Below, in pieces: positions 61,230-64,000 of a stretch of 64,000 bases of DNA (position 1 is its first letter; each line of letters starts with the position of its first letter). The notes beneath the pieces are model-generated. The model ran no database searches and was not told where the DNA came from. It saw only the letters and a list, made by a program, of their open reading frames with translations. The position numbers and the translations under genes are program-made. The stretch comes from Mytilus californianus. Taxonomy: Eukaryota. Location of the stretch: NCBI RefSeq assembly GCF_021869535.1, contig NW_026262581.1, positions 30,566,001-30,630,000 on the forward strand. Reading direction: 5' to 3'.

Positions 61230-61416
61230 AGAAGATGCGATATGATTGTCAATAAGACAAATCTTTACCAAAGACATAATAGCGTAGGAGTAAGCAACTT
61301 TAGGTCACCGTACATCCTTCAACAACGAACAAAACCAAGTCCGCATAGCAAGCTATAAAAGGCACCGACATGACAAATGTAACACAATTCAAACGAGAAA
61401 ACTAACGGCCTGATTT
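61230..61416 (+). mobile_element. Family A repeat, diverged and 3'-truncated
   Basis: gaagatgcgatatgattgtcaataagacaa...ggtcaccgtac...caattcaaacgagaaaactaacggcct. Confidence 0.75.
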
Positions 61417-61799
61417 GTAGGAGCTCACAAGGTAGTATCTGCCTTAAATATAGAGTTATTGCCCCTGGAATATTAAAATTAAGGATTTATTAATTATAGT
61501 TGATAAAGAGCTATGTGGATTTTTGTAGTTAGTTTACATATCGCACTAAAAACGGAAAAGCGGAAGTGTAAACAGAAAGAAACTAGTTTGCACAAATTTC
61601 GAGAAAAGATACCTAGTAACCATATATTTTTGGAATCAGTGTGATGAAACCTATCATATGACATCAAAAACGACATTGTATTAACCGGAAATGACAAATT
61701 ATCGCACGGAACGTGCATAAACACCTTATATTTTTGGAATCAGTGTTAACTAAGCTATTATTTCCCGCCGCTAGTGACTTTTCAGTCGGAAGTCCTTAA

Positions 61800-62493
61800 A
61801 GGGACACTAGCTGTCAAATTCATGTTAGCCGATTTGACTCAAATTCTCATATTTGATTTATAACAATGTAAAACATTTATCCAAACTATTAAAAGTCTAA
61901 AATAAACAGTTAACAGGACATGGGCATGATAACACGTAGCTTCGTTTCGTGTGTATTTTAGTCTAGACGCCATCTAATTAACTATCAAGTTGACCTCCAA
62001 AGTCATCCGATGACCATATAAGCGATGTGAACATAAATAAAGATATAAATAGATTAAGCGAACTCGTGCTATTGTATTTTTCTAGGTCTGTTAAATTTCA
62101 TATTATAGATTAAAAATATATGTTTATCATCGTTTTTACCTGTATAAGAATGATTTTTTGTGGATCGAATCAGTCAATCAAATGATTTACCTTTGTTTCA
62201 CTTTCAATGTTGACATTCTTTTCCTTTAAATATATTTACACATACATTTCACGTGTTATCCATCTCTAGCTAAGGGGTTAAATTGAAGTTCATATGAATA
62301 CGGATTCAATGAGGTCGAATTATTCACTTGCAAGTGAATAATTCATCGTCAATGTTTCTTAGCTTATTTTGACAAAATTGAACCATACTGGCGGCTAAAA
62401 GCGAATAATTATTTCACTATTTCACTTTCATTAATGATTGAACAAAAAAAATCATATATTAGATTTTTTATATATCTCGTAGCTAGTGCCCCT
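61800..62493. mobile_element. 694-bp non-autonomous Kolobok-like element (TTAA TSD, AGG termini)
   Basis: ttaa|AGGGACACTAGCT ... AGCTAGTGCCCCT|ttaa (12/13 TIR match). TTAA at 61796-61799 and 62494-62497. Confidence 0.85.
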
Positions 62494-62916
62494 TTAACTG
62501 TATCCCATATTCCATGAAAAAAAACTATATTATTCCACTGTTTAAACATATTGATAGTTTAATCAATATTTGATTGGTTGAGACTATCCCACGTGTCATT
62601 GAAAAAATCTTCATATTCCATTCTGAGGATCATATTCCCCTCTGAAATGTCGGGATTACTTCGTGCGACGTTACGCGCGGTTAATGTACATAACGTTTTG
62701 AACTTCTTATTCTTCTTAAAATAGCGATAGCAAAAATCATTATCATGTTCAAATTTATTTCAGACGATAAAACAAATGTTTTTGATCCTTACTGTTTATC
62801 AATGGGTATGTCGTGTTTAGTTTGACTTACAAAAACAAGCGGATAAGAAAAAAAATGTATGCAAAATAATATTTTTATGTATTGATAGTAAACAAAGCAT
62901 AGGCAGTGGAATAAAA

Positions 62917-63060
62917 CATTCATTTCCCTTTGCCTCGGGAGATATGAAGATTTGCTCACCCTCGAAAAAATCATATTTCCCTCGGGCAGAGCCCTCGTGA
63001 AATATGAATATTCTTGGGTGAACAAATCTTCATATCTCCCTTCGGCACGGGAAATAAATG
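62917..63060. repeat. ~144-bp interrupted palindrome (hairpin-type repeat)
   Basis: gggagatatgaagatttgctcaccc (62937-62961) pairs with gggtgaacaaatcttcatatctccc (63016-63040) at 24/25. The outer arms catt.atttccc / gggaaataaatg and the inner arms catatttc / gaaatatg also pair. Confidence 0.85.
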
Positions 63061-63360
63061 TATAATAGCCTATGTATTGTTGGAATCAGTGGTGGAAGAT
63101 AATATCTTTTCAGACACCAGAAGTAACTTTTTAAATCAGAATCAAATTTTTCTCACCCTAATTTTCTTTTCAACGGATGTGCATTTAAGGTGTAAAGACC
63201 ATCAACTGTTCTCTGAACAACTTGTTTTTATTGTTTCCTTTTCGTATCCTTGAATTTTCTTTTTTATATTTTTGAGTTTCTGGGTTTTCATGGTGTAAAT
63301 TAGCACCATTTATCCCTTAGTATTGTTTGAAAATGGTTAAGTACTATCGAGCAAAGAATT

Positions 63361-63888
63361 CTGCTCAAACTGTTGCTAAGGCCCGTCTTTCCCTTGTAGG
63401 GAGATGAGAGTTTTTGCTTCGTTTTGAAGAACTCTCTTCTCAAACCGGTTCTAGGGACCTTCTTTAATTTACAGGGGGTGAGAGTTTTTTGCTTCCTTTT
63501 AAAGAACTCTCTTCTCAAACCGGTGCTAGGGACCGTCTTTAACTTGCAGGAAGATGAGAGTTTATGCTTCGTTTGTTTTGAAGAACTCTCTTCTTTAACT
63601 GGTGCTAAGGACCATCTTTAATTTGCAGGGAGAGGAGAATTTTTGCTTCGTTTTGAAGAACTCTTTTCTTAAACCGGTGCTAAGGACCGTCTTTAACATG
63701 CAGGGAGATAAGAGTTTATGCTTCGTTTTGAAGAACTCTTTTCGCAACCCGTTGATAGGGACCGTCTTTAATTTGCAGGGAGATGAGAGGTTTTGCTTTG
63801 ATTTGAAGAACTCTCTACTCAAACCAGTGGTAGGGGCCGTCTTTAACTTGCAGGGAGATGAGAGTTTTTGCTTCGTTTTAAAAACTCT
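63361..63888. repeat. ~75-bp minisatellite, 7 units
   Basis: gagatgagag-equivalent positions at 63401, 63475, 63551, 63630, 63705, 63780 and 63855 (spacings 74, 76, 79, 75, 75, 75). Confidence 0.96.
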
Positions 63889-64000
63889 CTGTGACTATAA
63901 GCGATAACTTCTCGAACGTGTGCTACTTAATTTTCTTGATTTCGGTCAGTTTATTGTTATTTACTGTTATGTAGCCCATCCTATTATTTGCTCCATGCAC

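Overview
AT-rich, repeat-dense eukaryotic DNA, not prokaryotic. The repeat landscape resembles, from memory, that of the mussel Mytilus or a related bivalve (inference; no search was run). Two host genes are supported, both on the minus strand. (1) A 476-aa sterol delta-7 reductase (7712-9142) with an intronless CDS, whose motifs match the plant DWF5 / amoeba-associated-bacteria type rather than vertebrate DHCR7. (2) A Cys-rich 129-aa caveolin with two coding exons (58890-58828 + 57395-57069), probably preceded by a TATA box and a short non-coding exon near 60.3 kb; the ORF track shows only its second exon. Most other recognisable sequence is mobile or repetitive. It includes a near full-length APE-type LINE (36.3-40.7 kb) whose ORF1 and ORF2 are in one frame separated by a single TAG, CR1 and Penelope-like relics, and two CAGGGGCG-ended hAT-type elements that both carry 5-bp target duplications. 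There is also a Kolobok-like TTAA element, three Helentron-type (HINE) elements with ~150-160-bp internal cores, several foldback MITEs, a near-perfect palindrome of at least 402 bp at the window start, three decayed minimal hammerhead-ribozyme-like motifs, a 1163-bp triplication and several minisatellites. There is no CRISPR array, rRNA or intact tRNA. I cannot demonstrate a new multi-gene system. The best leads are the DWF5-type reductase, the hammerhead-like repeat family, the readthrough-like LINE junction, the 5-bp-TSD hAT family and the long palindrome.
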